Of a stretch of 64,000 nt of DNA, positions 49,301 through 60,916 are shown piece after piece. Position 1 is the first letter of the stretch. Each line of letters opens with the position of its first letter. The position numbers were made by a program, and so were the translations under genes. The notes under the pieces are model-generated. The model was given only the letters and a program-made list of their open reading frames with translations, was not told the origin of the DNA and did no database searches. The stretch comes from Klebsormidium nitens (taxonomy: Eukaryota; Plantae; Klebsormidiophyceae), in assembly GCA_000708835.1 (NCBI GenBank), contig DF236964.1, positions 124,001 through 188,000 on the forward strand. Direction: 5' to 3'.

Positions 49301-51664
49301 CATACTGAATCCCCACCTGTTGCGTTTGTCGTGTCAAAGATGCTCAGCTCCTCGAGTGTGGTTGTGAATTTCCCCACCACTGAGTCGAACAGGCTCTTGA
49401 CGTTGAAGACCGCCATAACTAGGCCTGCAAGAGATTGCATACCTGTCTCAGAAAGGGAAAAAGGAAGCGCCAAGCACCAATCTGGCACCAGTTTGGAATC
49501 TGGTACCCATTAGCGACATCATGTGGCTCCGATGAGAGCGTGTTACCTCATCCTGGATACGTGGGAGATGGCATTCCCAACCTTGCGTAGTCTTCTATTC
49601 TTTGCAAAGTACTTCATTTTCAAAGCTGAAAGGCGAGGTAAGTTTTGAAGAATGCGGCCTAGCCGCCGCTGCCAACGGCCGGCGCTCTATGAACCGACAA
49701 CCCCCAGGTCTAGATGTTTGCAAGAGTGAAGCAAGTCATTGCTTCAGAAAGCGAAGGGCCAAAGCCCCACCTTTGAAGTTGGCCCGCCGCGCCGCGACGG
49801 TCCGATACAGGAACGGGTTCTGCGTGTAGAATGGCCAGAACACCGAGAGCGACGTGCCCTGCCCGAGGGGTGCAGCAAACGGGGCAGAAAGGACGGGCAA
49901 AGACGTGTCCCGTGCGGCAATCGCCAGCCTGGTCGCGCCGGGATCGCTCAACAGATCGTACCCTTCGTAAAACTGCTGGTAGGGTTTGTTTGAGATGCGC
50001 CAGGACACGAGGTATTCGGAAGCGTTGGCCCGGGTTACGAATGCAGGGATAGAAAGGTTGGTCAACCCGGGGGCGTATTGCTTGAAGGTCGTTCCGAGCT
50101 GAGCCTCGAGCACGGCGCGCTGGTCGCCTGGAACGGAGCGCACGTACGCAATGCCCTCGCAGTAAGGGAGGATGTAGTTGGTGAAGGTGGCGAATGTCTG
50201 GAAATCGGCCTGGCAAACAAACGATACCGTTTCAGAATATGAAGCTCCAGGAATCCTGCTGCGAGAAGTATGATGGCTGCAAACCGGCGAAAGTCCTGCC
50301 CGGAGGTTTAACACAGTTTGAAAGACTGACGCCACCAACCTGCCCCTCCCTGAGCTTAACGAGTTCCTGAATACCAGACCTTTCAAACCTCTTCTTTGGA
50401 TTTGAAAGCAACAACGGCCCTGCGGCTTAATACTTGGCGGGCAAGCAGGTTCGAACCCCTTCAGATTTCGCCCAGAATGAGAAGAAGCAACGGGGGCACA
50501 CTGACTTGAAGCCGTATTTTCCGTAGATTTTCAGGAGATAGTCACAAGATAAAAATGGTATACAAACTTTTAGGACGCAAAACTTCAAGATTCTGAATCA
50601 TGAACAGATATTAGACATCCATATGGCTCTGACGGGGCCGCCAAGCTTCTTCGCGCTCCTTCTTGCGCTCTGCCCGAACAGACCAGCACTTGAAAGCTGA
50701 CAACACAGGGATGCTTAAATGCATTGGAGACAAGCTGTACTTACTGCGCTGATGTTTGGAAAGGCGTGGATTAGGCCATTGTACATGCCTGCTGAGAAAA
50801 CCTGATTAAAAAGTTCCCCTTGCAAGACCTGCAGCACCACCAAACAAAAAGGGGATATCTCATTCAGAGAGTTCGCACTATCAAGGGTTTTTGGCTCAGG
50901 TGTCACAGGTGGAGGATCCTTCAACCAAATGTGCTTTCTGCAGCAAAAAGCAGCTTACTGAAGACTGTAAAGCCTTACTTAATCAACCTCTACTTAAGCA
51001 TAGTGCAGCTAGCAATTGGCCCCTGAGAGTTGTGACTTGCAAAATACACTGGACAACATGCTGGATTGGTAGGTGAAAGTTGTTGGAACAATACTCAGAT
51101 ACGGAGGGGCACATTCAGATTATTGCAAGTGCAGAATAATGTAAGGGTTTTTGGCCACCAAGCTGATTCGTGTTTGCTAAAGATGCATTATATGCCAGGG
51201 TGTCTTTCAAAAAAAATCAGCCATGCAATATGGACAATCTCAAGATGCTGACTTTCCAGAACATTCCCTGAAGAGCAGCCCCAGTATATAGAGGAGCTTT
51301 CAACCAGAGCTGAACATTAAATGAGGAACAACAATCATGATGCCAAATCTTTTGGTCCAGAGCATACAGATGGGAGTCTGAGTTCCAAGAGCTCATCACC
51401 CTATAGTTTCCATCAAACTCGCGAAGTTGCAGGTGAGCGAGGAGACACAGCCATCAAACTCAAATAAAAGTCAAGAATCACAAACAGACTTCTCACCAGG
51501 GCCCCATTGTTGCATCGCCCGCTGAGGTCCGCAGTTTGGGCGTGCACTTGCTTGTTCCACAGAAGAACAAAGGTGAGGACTGACAGGCCAAGTCCGGCCA
51601 GCAACCAGGCGACCACCAACCACAGAGTGCGGCGGCCGCCTGGCATCAGCCAGCGCGTTTTCAT
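40353..51664 (-). CDS. CHASE-domain hybrid histidine kinase (cytokinin-receptor-like). Exons 51664-51497, 50828-50745, 50209-49771, 49424-49317, 48536-48419, 48073-47938, 47460-47386, 46970-46917, 46583-46452, 46053-45890, 45552-45453, 45190-45062, 44630-44398, 43558-43446, 42734-42172, 41703-41638, 41034-40920, 40573-40353; ~1005 aa
   Basis: TM - CHASE-like ([23 protein letters not shown]) - TM; H-box [16 protein letters not shown]; [21 protein letters not shown]; [28 protein letters not shown]; receiver ILVAEDN..MDLQMPVLDG..SAD..TKP. All joins keep the frame; one needs a GC donor. Confidence 0.9.
43940..44460 (-). repeat. 143-bp tandem duplication of the kinase exon 3' end plus donor (3 extra copies)
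   Basis: aaaagcctcacat starts at 44101, 44244 and 44387 (period 143); diverged copy at ~43940-44010. Each encodes ..[10 protein letters not shown]. Confidence 0.95.
44630..44995 (-). repeat. Two upstream copies of acceptor plus 5' end of kinase exon 44630-44398
   Basis: ctctgcag acceptor followed by GACGCTTCGGAC recurs at ~44915 and ~44775; gaatggagccctga recurs at ~44704, ~44832 and ~44976. Confidence 0.9.
46140..46180. repeat. Imperfect (TAA)n intronic microsatellite
   Basis: tataataatgataataataataaacaataataaaaataaa. Confidence 0.7.
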
Positions 51665-53418
51665 TTTTCCAGGCCAGATCCGAATGCCTCCACCTTGCCC
51701 TGTGGAGGAAACTGCATACTTCACTGTCCACCGTCTTACTCTTATCTCGACAACGTCAGGGAGGTCAAGCTACCTCAATCGAAATAAGCGGACGACCTCG
51801 GCTTTTTGTCTAGCAGCCCTTTACGGTCTGGCATCCAAGAACTTTCTCCGTGTCGCAAACCAACATTGTAAACACCACTCCCCCTGGTTCCACCACCCTT
51901 CCGACTGGCAAGACAAAAGTGCTCTTGCATTTCCAGTTCCAACCTAGCCCAGCAGGTCAAACGCGAGCATCATTGCTTGCAACCCTCATTGCCCGCTTGA
52001 ACCTCTGAACGGCCGCAGCTCAGAGCAGCCGCCCTGCTGAAGCTGGGTGCCCTTCCTTCCAGGTATACCTACCTACCTACCTAAATCACCCCCACGCCCG
52101 ATTGCCAGCCTGAGGAGTGAGTGTACCTTTCTCCGTATCATCAGCCAATTCATTGGTATCAGGCGCCAAATTCGCGGAATCTCTGACACGTGAATCTGAG
52201 GTGGATTGGGGCAAAATGCGGGCATTCGTGCTTGTTATTTTTCACCGAATATAAATCAGTATGTGAGGTGAAGGAATTTTCGGCAAGGACTAGTGCAACG
52301 ATTCAGTCAGGCGTATGTTTTGCGGTGTCAATCTTGGCACCCGCACACAGTGCTGCTCTTTTTCCAGAGATGGAGGTTTATATTCGGTGTCGAAAACTGG
52401 CCTCCGTGTTACGTAATAAATAGCATAAAACGCAATCCGTTGGTTTACAAGAGGCCTCACCTTTGTCGTTTAGCGGCACGAGGCCGAAAATTCGTTCATT
52501 TGCAGCTTGGCGCGTGAGAAGGGGTCCATGAAACTGACTGTCTCCTAGCCAAAGATGCACGTTCTACCGGTAGAGAGCCAAGCGGCCAGCCCGGGCGGCT
52601 GTTTCGATTTGCAATGCATGCTTCAAAATTGCCGTTGAGTCGTTGACGTCAAACTCAACATCAAAGTCAGACTCGTTATTAACCCCATAGTTACATGCGC
52701 GGTAGACCGCTGTGTTTGACAGGTAACCATGTTCCGTCGCCGTTAACGCGTTGGGTTAGACGGGCTTCCAAGCTTTAGCTCTCGACGCGCGAACTCCGTA
52801 GAGGCCGAGTGTCATGTACAAGGTGATTCATGTTAGGTAGAGATGTGAAGGCATCGTCGCCCCGTCGGCGTGTGGTATGCGCTTTGGCTAAATTCCGACC
52901 TCCGACTCTTAACCACTATCTTGAACCCAAAGACCAGATTTTGCCAGTCTCCCAAGTCAGGTTTCCAAATACCCTACTCCCAAATTCCTCTCACGTCATA
53001 AATTCGGCGTCTCAGGGCCATATGACGCAAAAGCAGTTTCTGACTTGTCGCAACCGCCGTCACGACGTCACGATTTGGCGACCGGTCGAACCAGATTTAT
53101 GACATCAGGGATGACCTCAAGAATGAAACTAGAACGGGGGATGGCTTTTGGACTCAAGTTCGCCTCTGGGGTTTTCGAGTCCAAGGCCGTTGTATTATTT
53201 GTAAATTGTATGTTTATTTAGGGTTTAGAGATGCGAGATTCCGGTTTAAAATTAGGGCCCACCTGGCGCAAAATTATCAAAGTAGACTCCTTTTGTTAGT
53301 GTCTCCGCCACTCTGATTGGTGTGAATCACTCTCAGCCCACCTGGAAGCACCTGAAGTGTGACAATTATTGCAGTCTGTCAGTGGTTACGGGAGTGGTTA
53401 CAACGTTGACAATGAGAC

Positions 53419-53470
53419 TGACATCGACATTGACATCGACATTGACATCGACGTTGACATTGACATTGAC
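53419..53470. repeat. Hexamer microsatellite (TGACAT/CGACAT)n
   Basis: tgacatcgacattgacatcgacattgacatcgacgttgacattgacattgac. Confidence 0.85.
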
Positions 53471-54939
53471 CCGGGGCACTTACATTGACATTAGGGTTAC
53501 GTTGCAAACTTGTGACGGTTCACGCCAATCGACGAGCGCTTTGTTAGGGTTACGCCATTTCCCATGACATTAGGGTTTACTCACTGACAGTGACAACCGG
53601 GCAGAGTTCTTTTAGTTTTAGTGTTGTAGGCCAAGCATCCTGACCCGGTTCCATCCGTACTAGAATCCGTACCGCAAAGTGTACGGTAAAACCTGAAATT
53701 CTGACGCATTTTTGTTCAAAGGACCTGAGCTGACAGTACGGTCCACGCGGATACCCTGTGAACCTATGATCCCGCGTGTAAGATGTTTTCACACTTTTTT
53801 GGAGCCTGAGACACTAACAAAAGGAGTCTACTTCGTCGTACTTGCGCCACTGGCAGTGGCATGGGCAATGGCCGGCCGGCAAAGTGCTTCAGCCTTCAGC
53901 ACTGACTGCAGAGCTTCAGCGCAACGCTTTCGAGGAGGTTGATTTGCTCTACAAACGTTTGCCTTGGTATCTAGCTATCCAGGCAGGGCCAGCATTGAGG
54001 CGCGACGAGGCAGGTTCGAGGTCGTGTGAAGCGCGAATGACATTGCGCGCAAGCTCCTGTAAGCAATAATTGGCAGCACTCATACTTGCAAGCCAGGTTT
54101 CAGCCTTCAGATCAACATTTAAAGTGATTTATATAGAGTTGGTGGCTGACCGCCTTCAAACCTTTTCACATGAGAAAGTACGCGGTTTTCCCCTGAAAGT
54201 CATCACTTTTCAGGTTTCAACTGTTCATTGTGATTCTTAAAAGGCTCTTCATCAGGCAGCACCGTTGTGGGATTCCAACCAGGCACTTCTGGAGATCTAT
54301 ACCAGATTTGTTGCTTCATCATCCAGTATGTGACGAAGTCGCTGCTCGACCCGGCTTTCAATCTCGCCTTTGTAATGTGGCCTTGGAGAACCTATAGTTT
54401 CAAATGTGTCTGTACAATGCTTTGCAACTTGGCGAGCGTGTACATCTTTTGTTTGCTCATCAGCTTTTGTTTGAAGGCTCTCAAAGTGCTGTTTCCGTGT
54501 TTTATGAGCGGGCTTAGATCGCGATTGGACAAAAAGTCCGACTAAAACACCATCTTCCTAAAGTGAGGGCTGAATCTCAGCAACAGCATGTGCAAACTTC
54601 TTATAACAGTTGTGAAATGGGGGCACTCTCAAACCCAGGGGCGCTAATCCGATCCTCAATCCTCGTATGTAGAGCCTCATCGTTCTTTCTTGTAAGTTCC
54701 ACTCTTCTTTTCCGCCACCAGTTGCCGTTGAATCAAAGTGCTATCGGTGGTGGCAGGAACATCAAACCTGGGTGCCCCATTTCACCCTGGCATTGTCTTT
54801 CTCTATTTTGAGCATAAAGGTTTTATATCAGCGGAAGTGTCAGGACTGCTATACGAAGGCCCGGGAAATTGGTGGAAGTGAAACACAGAACTTTAACCCG
54901 GCAATGTCATTAACTGTGCAGAAGCGCAGTGGTGTTAAG

Positions 54940-57900
54940 ATGAGCTCGAGCAATGGGGCGCCAGGGTGGTTGTACCTAGACGGCGAGCAAAACCAATGGG
55001 GGCCATTCCAGATGTCGCAGCTTCAAGGTATGCACAACCATCTCGACCCCTTTTGTTTCCATCATTGCATGGCCTTTCTGTCCCGCTTGCCTCAGGCTTT
55101 TGGCCTAGTTAATCTCTGCTTCATGTGGTTATCAGCCACTTTTAATCTGATTATTTACGGTATGTTTCCCGTCATTTGGAAATGTTCAGGTTTTAACCAG
55201 ATTTTTCCGAGCCGATTGAAGTTTTATACAAAATGTATACACCAGGACAGATCCAGTTACCGACCTGAGGCCATCTATTGTTGCAAGAACCAAGAAGTCA
55301 AGGCTGGAATTCTTAGCATATTTTGATCGGGCAACCTTTGCCTCGTCACAAAAGAAACTCTATTGATTTCAGGGAGCACCATCAAAGATATCCAAATCGG
55401 TGCAACCAAAACGCTTCAGAAACAATCGGGCAAGCGAGTTGCATGTCACCTTGGATCTGCAAGGGCCAGCAGGAGCAGGATGTCACCATAAAAGAGAGAG
55501 TACTTTCAAAAGCGCATAATCTGGTCCTTTATTCACGAAGCTTCAGGACTGTCCCTCAATTGGCGTAATCTGTTCCTTGCCCAATAGATCACAGCAACAA
55601 GAACCTTTTGGATGTCCGTTTGTGGAAACCCCGCTGCCGAACGTTATGCTTGGTCAATATACGCAGGTTACAGGGAACTTTATTGCGACAAATATCTATC
55701 CCCGATACCTTTCTGTCGGCTGTTTGAACTGAGGAGCACAGGCGCTTCAAATTGGGGCTGCATGGGAGTGTGGAATCTCGTCAAAAAACTCCGGCGGAAT
55801 CTTGTCAGCAGGGTTCCCAGAATATCAAAACAGTTCATTTTGCAGCTACTAGGTGGGAGTTACGTCGCATGCAAGCAAGCCTTCCCAGGCTCTCGAACAC
55901 ACTATCTTGTCTCACACTTGACTCTGGAAAAGAAATTTCTTGCGTTTCTTGCGTTTGTTCCTTTTTGATATGTTTGATGTTTGCAGAACTCTTTAAGGGG
56001 GGTTACGTCACAGCCGCCACATACCTCTGGGCTGAGGGCCGGGCCGAATGGAGCCCCCTAAGTGCCATCCCGGAACTCTACTCCGCTTTGACATCCGGGG
56101 GGGCATCAACACCAGCGTCAGAAGCCCCCACCGCGGGCCAGCGCTCGCGGGGGGGTCAAGCGCCAGCCGAAGCAGCCCCCCCGGACGTGGACGACGAGCT
56201 TGAGAAATGGAAACGGGAAGTCGAGGCAGCGGAGGAAGAAGTGAAGCGGAAAAAGAAGGGGTACGTGGAACCAGAGCCGACGGGGGGCGACGAAGGCAGG
56301 CCCGGGACCCCCCCGGAAGAGGAGCAGGAGTTTACGGACGATGATGGGACAGTTTATACGTGGGACAAGGGGAGGAAAGCGTGGGTGCCTAAGGAGGGGC
56401 TGAAAGAGTATAACCCGGAGGAGATGGTTTTCGTGCCGGACGAAGAAGTGATACCGAGTCTGCCGCCGGTGGTTGACGCCGCCGAGGAGGAGAGTCCAGA
56501 GGAAGAGAAGCCGCAGCAGGTGAGTGTCAATTGCGGTTGGGAAGTAGAGTCGGAAAGGCGAACTTCGACAGAAAGCAACGGCGCGGACAAGGCGGCCAAG
56601 AATCAGGGGGCCTCCTTCTTTTCGCCGACCTGATTCTATGAAGTCGCGTGTTAGATCTCTATCTATTTCGTCTCCCCTCCAAGTCGCTTTCCAACATCTT
56701 CGATCTTACAGGCAGGGCAGGAGCGGAAAGGTGAAGAACCGGTTTGACATGCGGGTAGAAACAGGAAGGCGACGAGCCGGCAGAAAGCAACGGTGCGGAC
56801 AATGCGGCCAAAAAGAAGGGCGAAGAAGACTTTGTGATCTGCTTTCAGCATTTTCTCTCTTCTCGGCTTGACAGGCGGGTCAGAAACGGAAAGGCGAAGA
56901 ATCTGCAGAAAGCAACGGCGCTGAAAAGGCGGCCAAGAAGGGCAAAGAAGACTTATAAATTCCTTTCGAACAGTTTCTCTTATCTCGGCTTGACAGGCAG
57001 GTCAGAAGCGTAAAGACGAAGAACTGGCAGAAAGCAACGGCGCGGACAAGGCGGCCAAGAAGAAGGGGGCCTCCTTTTTCCCGGCCGACCTGATTCTATG
57101 AAGTCGTACGTTGACTTTCGCATTCCTTTTGCCTCCGAGAGTGCTTTCCAACGGCTTCGTTTTCTCATTCTTAACAGGCGGGTCAGAAACGGAAAGGCGA
57201 GGAACCGGCGGAAAGCAACGGCGCGGACAAGACGGCGAAAAAGAAGGGGGAGCCGCAGAAGCAGCCGGAGGGCTGGTTCGAGCTCAAGGTCAACACGAGC
57301 GTCTACGTCACGGGCCTCCCGGATGACGTCACCATGGAGGAGATTGTGGACGTTTTCCAAAAGGTGGGCTTTGGGCATTAGCAAGTAGGGTTTTGAGCTT
57401 GGACGTTGTCAGGTTGGTAAATTCGTGTTCGTTCTTGAAGGGCTCTTCAAAGGGTGCGCCAAGCTGCTGGCCCAAAGTTGTGAGGTCTCGAGAGTCCCTG
57501 GTTTCGTGAGTCGACTTCCCTTTCTCTTATCATCTGTGGATGGAAGAATAAGAAATGTCAGTACTGTAGACTGTATTCTTCCTTGTCCTTGAACGCATTC
57601 CTGAGAAACGGAGGCTTTCTTGGATGTAATAAGCCTGACAGAGTATCAAAGACGTTGATATGCCGAGCCTGGGTTGTACCTATGCCCCAGTCTCAGGCGT
57701 CCAAAGCGTACGTGGTTTGTTGATCGCATCTCGTGAACAAGGAGGCTTTCTTGGATGTGGAAAAAGTCCGACATAAGTATCGTTATCGTTTGACATCCCG
57801 GGTTTGAGTTCTCGCAACCAACACCGACACAACTGCCAGTAGTCTGACCTGTACTTTAACATTCGCACCATCTTGTTTATGACATTCCGATTACACATTT

Positions 57901-60900
57901 TTCCAAAACTTCTGTTGCGCAGTGCGGCGTGATCAAGGTCGACACAGAAACCCCGGGTCAAGGTCTTGATAAAAAAACACCTCAGGTGTCCAGTTTCCTA
58001 AACCTCTGCCATAAGACCGGCTAAGAGCCTGACCCACTACCTCCACTCCAATTTCAATTCTGTGGATCTGTACCTGATTGTTTCCTGGTCAATCCGTGCA
58101 GTGCGGTGTGATTAAGATTGACCCCGAAACGCAAAAGCCCCGGATCAAGATCTACCGAGACCGGCAGACCAACCGGCCCAAGGGTGACGGCCTTGTGACG
58201 TACCTCAAGGAGCCGTCGGTGGACCTCGCCGTGCAACTCCTGGACGGAGCGCCGTTCCGGCCGGATTCCGCCGGAACGATGACGGTGTCCAAGGCGAAGT
58301 TCGAGCAGAAGGGCGAGGCGTTCGTGAAGAAGCAGGCGCCGGCCAACAAGAAGAAGAAGCACAAGATGCAGAAGTTTGAGCAGAAGAACCTGGGCTGGGG
58401 TGAGAAGAACCTGGGCTGTGGTGATCCTTTCTTCTTGCTTGTGTTAGTCCAGACTTTCTTTCCTCGCAGGCTTCTTTTTGGTGGGGTTTTGGCGATTTTC
58501 ATGTTTCCAAGATTCTGTGGATTACGACACTTGGAGAAGATGCAAAAGTTTGAGCAGAAGAACCTAGGCTGGGGTGAGCTGTGTAAGCCATTCTCTTGCT
58601 TGTGTTAGTCAGGAGTTCGTTTCCTTGCAGGTTTTCTTTTGGTGGCTTTTTGACGCTTTCAGTTTGTACAAGGTTTTGGTGACGATGACACAAGGAGAAC
58701 TTTCAGGGATTTCAGCAGAAGACGTCCTAAAGCTGGTTCTTCAGGCAAAACCACGTCGAAAGTATGTTTTCACATTCTTACTTACACCTTTCGAGTCTTT
58801 GTTTTCGCAGGCTGGTTCGATGACAAGAACCCAGCCGAACCTTATGATTGTCATACCGATGAATATTTTCCATTTGAACGATTTTCAAGAACAACGCTTT
58901 TGGAACCAGGTCCCACAGCAAAGCTTGGAGCATAAAGCTGTCCATTCTATCCTGAGCACTCCACTTCACTCTCGAGTCTGCGTCTCTGCAGGCGGTTTTG
59001 ACGACAAGAACCCCGCCGAACTCATCACCGCAGATTCATTCGGAAAACTTCCCAGTGTAATCACTCGTGTACCCAATTCCTTCATCTGTTACCTGGAGTA
59101 AAACCACGGTGAATCCCGACTTCGATCCTGTCTTAAATTCTCGAGTTCGTTCTTTTGCAGGCGGTTTCGACGACAAGAACCCCGCCGAACCCATCGCCAT
59201 CTTTCTGGAGAACATGTTCCATCCGGTAGATTTCACGGAACACCGCTTTCGAAACCAGGTCCTACAACGACTCTCGGAGCATAAAGCCGTCGAATTTATC
59301 CTAAGCACTCTCACTTACACTCTCAAGTCTGCGTCTCTGCGGGCTGTTTCGACGACAAGAACCCCGCCGAACCAATCCCCGTCATTCTCTACCAAATTTC
59401 ATTTGGAACTTCCAAGCCAGAGTACCCTCTTGTAACCAATCCCTACATCTGTTTTTGGAGTGGAAACACGTCGAATCTTGTCTTCCAGCCCTTCTTTAAA
59501 TTCTCGGGTTCAATTTTGGCAGGCGGTTTCGACGACAAGAACCCCGCCGAACCCATCACAGTCATTCTGATGAACATGTTCCATCCGGAGGACTTTGAAG
59601 AGGACCCCGCAGTGCTGGCCGAACTAGAGGCGGACGTCGCGGCGGAGTGCAGTAAACTGGGGCCCGTGGAACGACTCAAGGTGACACCGCCACTCGTCTC
59701 ACAGTGCCCTTTTGCGGACTGTTGCTGTTCTTGCCCCGAACCGCTCAATGATTCTCATCTTCGAGGTTTCAAGTTTTAGGGTTTAGGTTTTAGGCTTAGC
59801 TTAGCCTGTCCGGACTTTATGGGGTTCCACCTTGGTTTCAATCAATCCCCACCTGCCGACTAGAGGTGGCTCCATGCTATATGCGATTCGTGAAGGGGCC
59901 CGGTTAATGCGAGTCGGTATGAAGGTAAACAGGAAAAGTCTTCATTGTCCAGCAGTCCCCGTCTGCTTTTCAAACAAGATAGCCGTGAAGTAGGCTTAGT
60001 TGCAAGCCTGCTGTCTACGCACTCTTCAGAGAACCATTGTATGAAAGAAACGACCGGGTTCATTCTAATCATGACCTGAATCCTTCGTCGGTAAGATTTT
60101 TGCACGTGGGGTGTGGATCTCAAAATTGGGCCATCGAAGAGGAGTCTTTACTCGAAGCGCTCCGAATTCGTTGGTTCATTTCTCTTTTTCTCCCGTCCTA
60201 TCACAACGAGGAATGAGGCAATACCGTGGAAAACCAAAGCTGTCCGTATCGAAAAGAACAATCTAAAACTAAGACTATTTTATTTTGCCTCACGTTGTTG
60301 CCACCAAACTCAGGATCAAAGATAGACTGAAGGGCCTTTTGCGCTTTTTCGTTGCAGGTCTACGATAAGCACCCCCAGGGAGTCATTTCCGTCAAGTTCA
60401 AAGAAAAGGAGGCGGGCCTCAAGTGCATCTCCGTAATGAACGGGCGCTGGTAAGTGCTTGTCGCGAACCCTACTCTCTAGCAAACTCGGACTCAAACCTC
60501 AATAGATGGTTGAGGAGTCATAACGAAAAGGTCTCACGGGCCTACTTTTTCAGGATTCTGTAGAGTAAATCAAACAGATTGATCGACATGGTACATCACA
60601 ACCGTCAACTTACAGTCTTCAGAAGCTGATTACGAGTGAGTATTTGGGCCCAAATTAGCGGTAGTCCGAGCACCGAACGAGGGCGGTTGCCTTTCTCGTG
60701 CTATCATTACCTTGTTGTGTCACTCTTACTCGATGAATGGAACGCGACCGTCAATGAGTTCTTACTGAATGTGAATTTGGTGCGCTCAGGTTCGGCGGCC
60801 GCCAAGTTTCTGCCGCAGAACACGACGGTGTGACCAACTACGCGCATGTGCGAGAGTCCGCCGAGGAGGAGCAAGCGCGGTTAGAGCGGTTTGCTCGAGA

Positions 60901-60916
60901 GTTAGAGGCGTCTTAA
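54940..60916 (+). CDS. HTATSF1: Splicing factor HTATSF1/CUS2/U2AF-associated protein 2 homologue (GYF_2 + RRM + UHM). Exons 54940-55027, 55987-56519, 57178-57363, 58102-58399, 59523-59680, 60358-60449, 60790-60916; 493 aa
   Basis: GYF_2 ([21 protein letters not shown]); [13 protein letters not shown]; [16 protein letters not shown]; [26 protein letters not shown]; VILMNMFHP; [19 protein letters not shown]. An in-frame upstream ATG exists at 54904. Confidence 0.92.
56540..57260 (+). repeat. ~5 upstream copies of acceptor plus 5' end of HTATSF1 exon 3
   Basis: cag|GC(A/G)GG.CAG acceptors at 56712, 56875 and 56997 precede the real one at 57178; GAAAGCAACGG(C/T)GC occurs five times. Confidence 0.92.
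58790..59600 (+). repeat. ~180-bp tandem array (5 units) of acceptor plus 5' end of HTATSF1 exon 5
   Basis: GACAAGAACCC.GCCGAAC follows acceptors at 58811, 58992, 59161, ~59343 (AG mutated to GG) and the real one at 59523. Confidence 0.95.
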
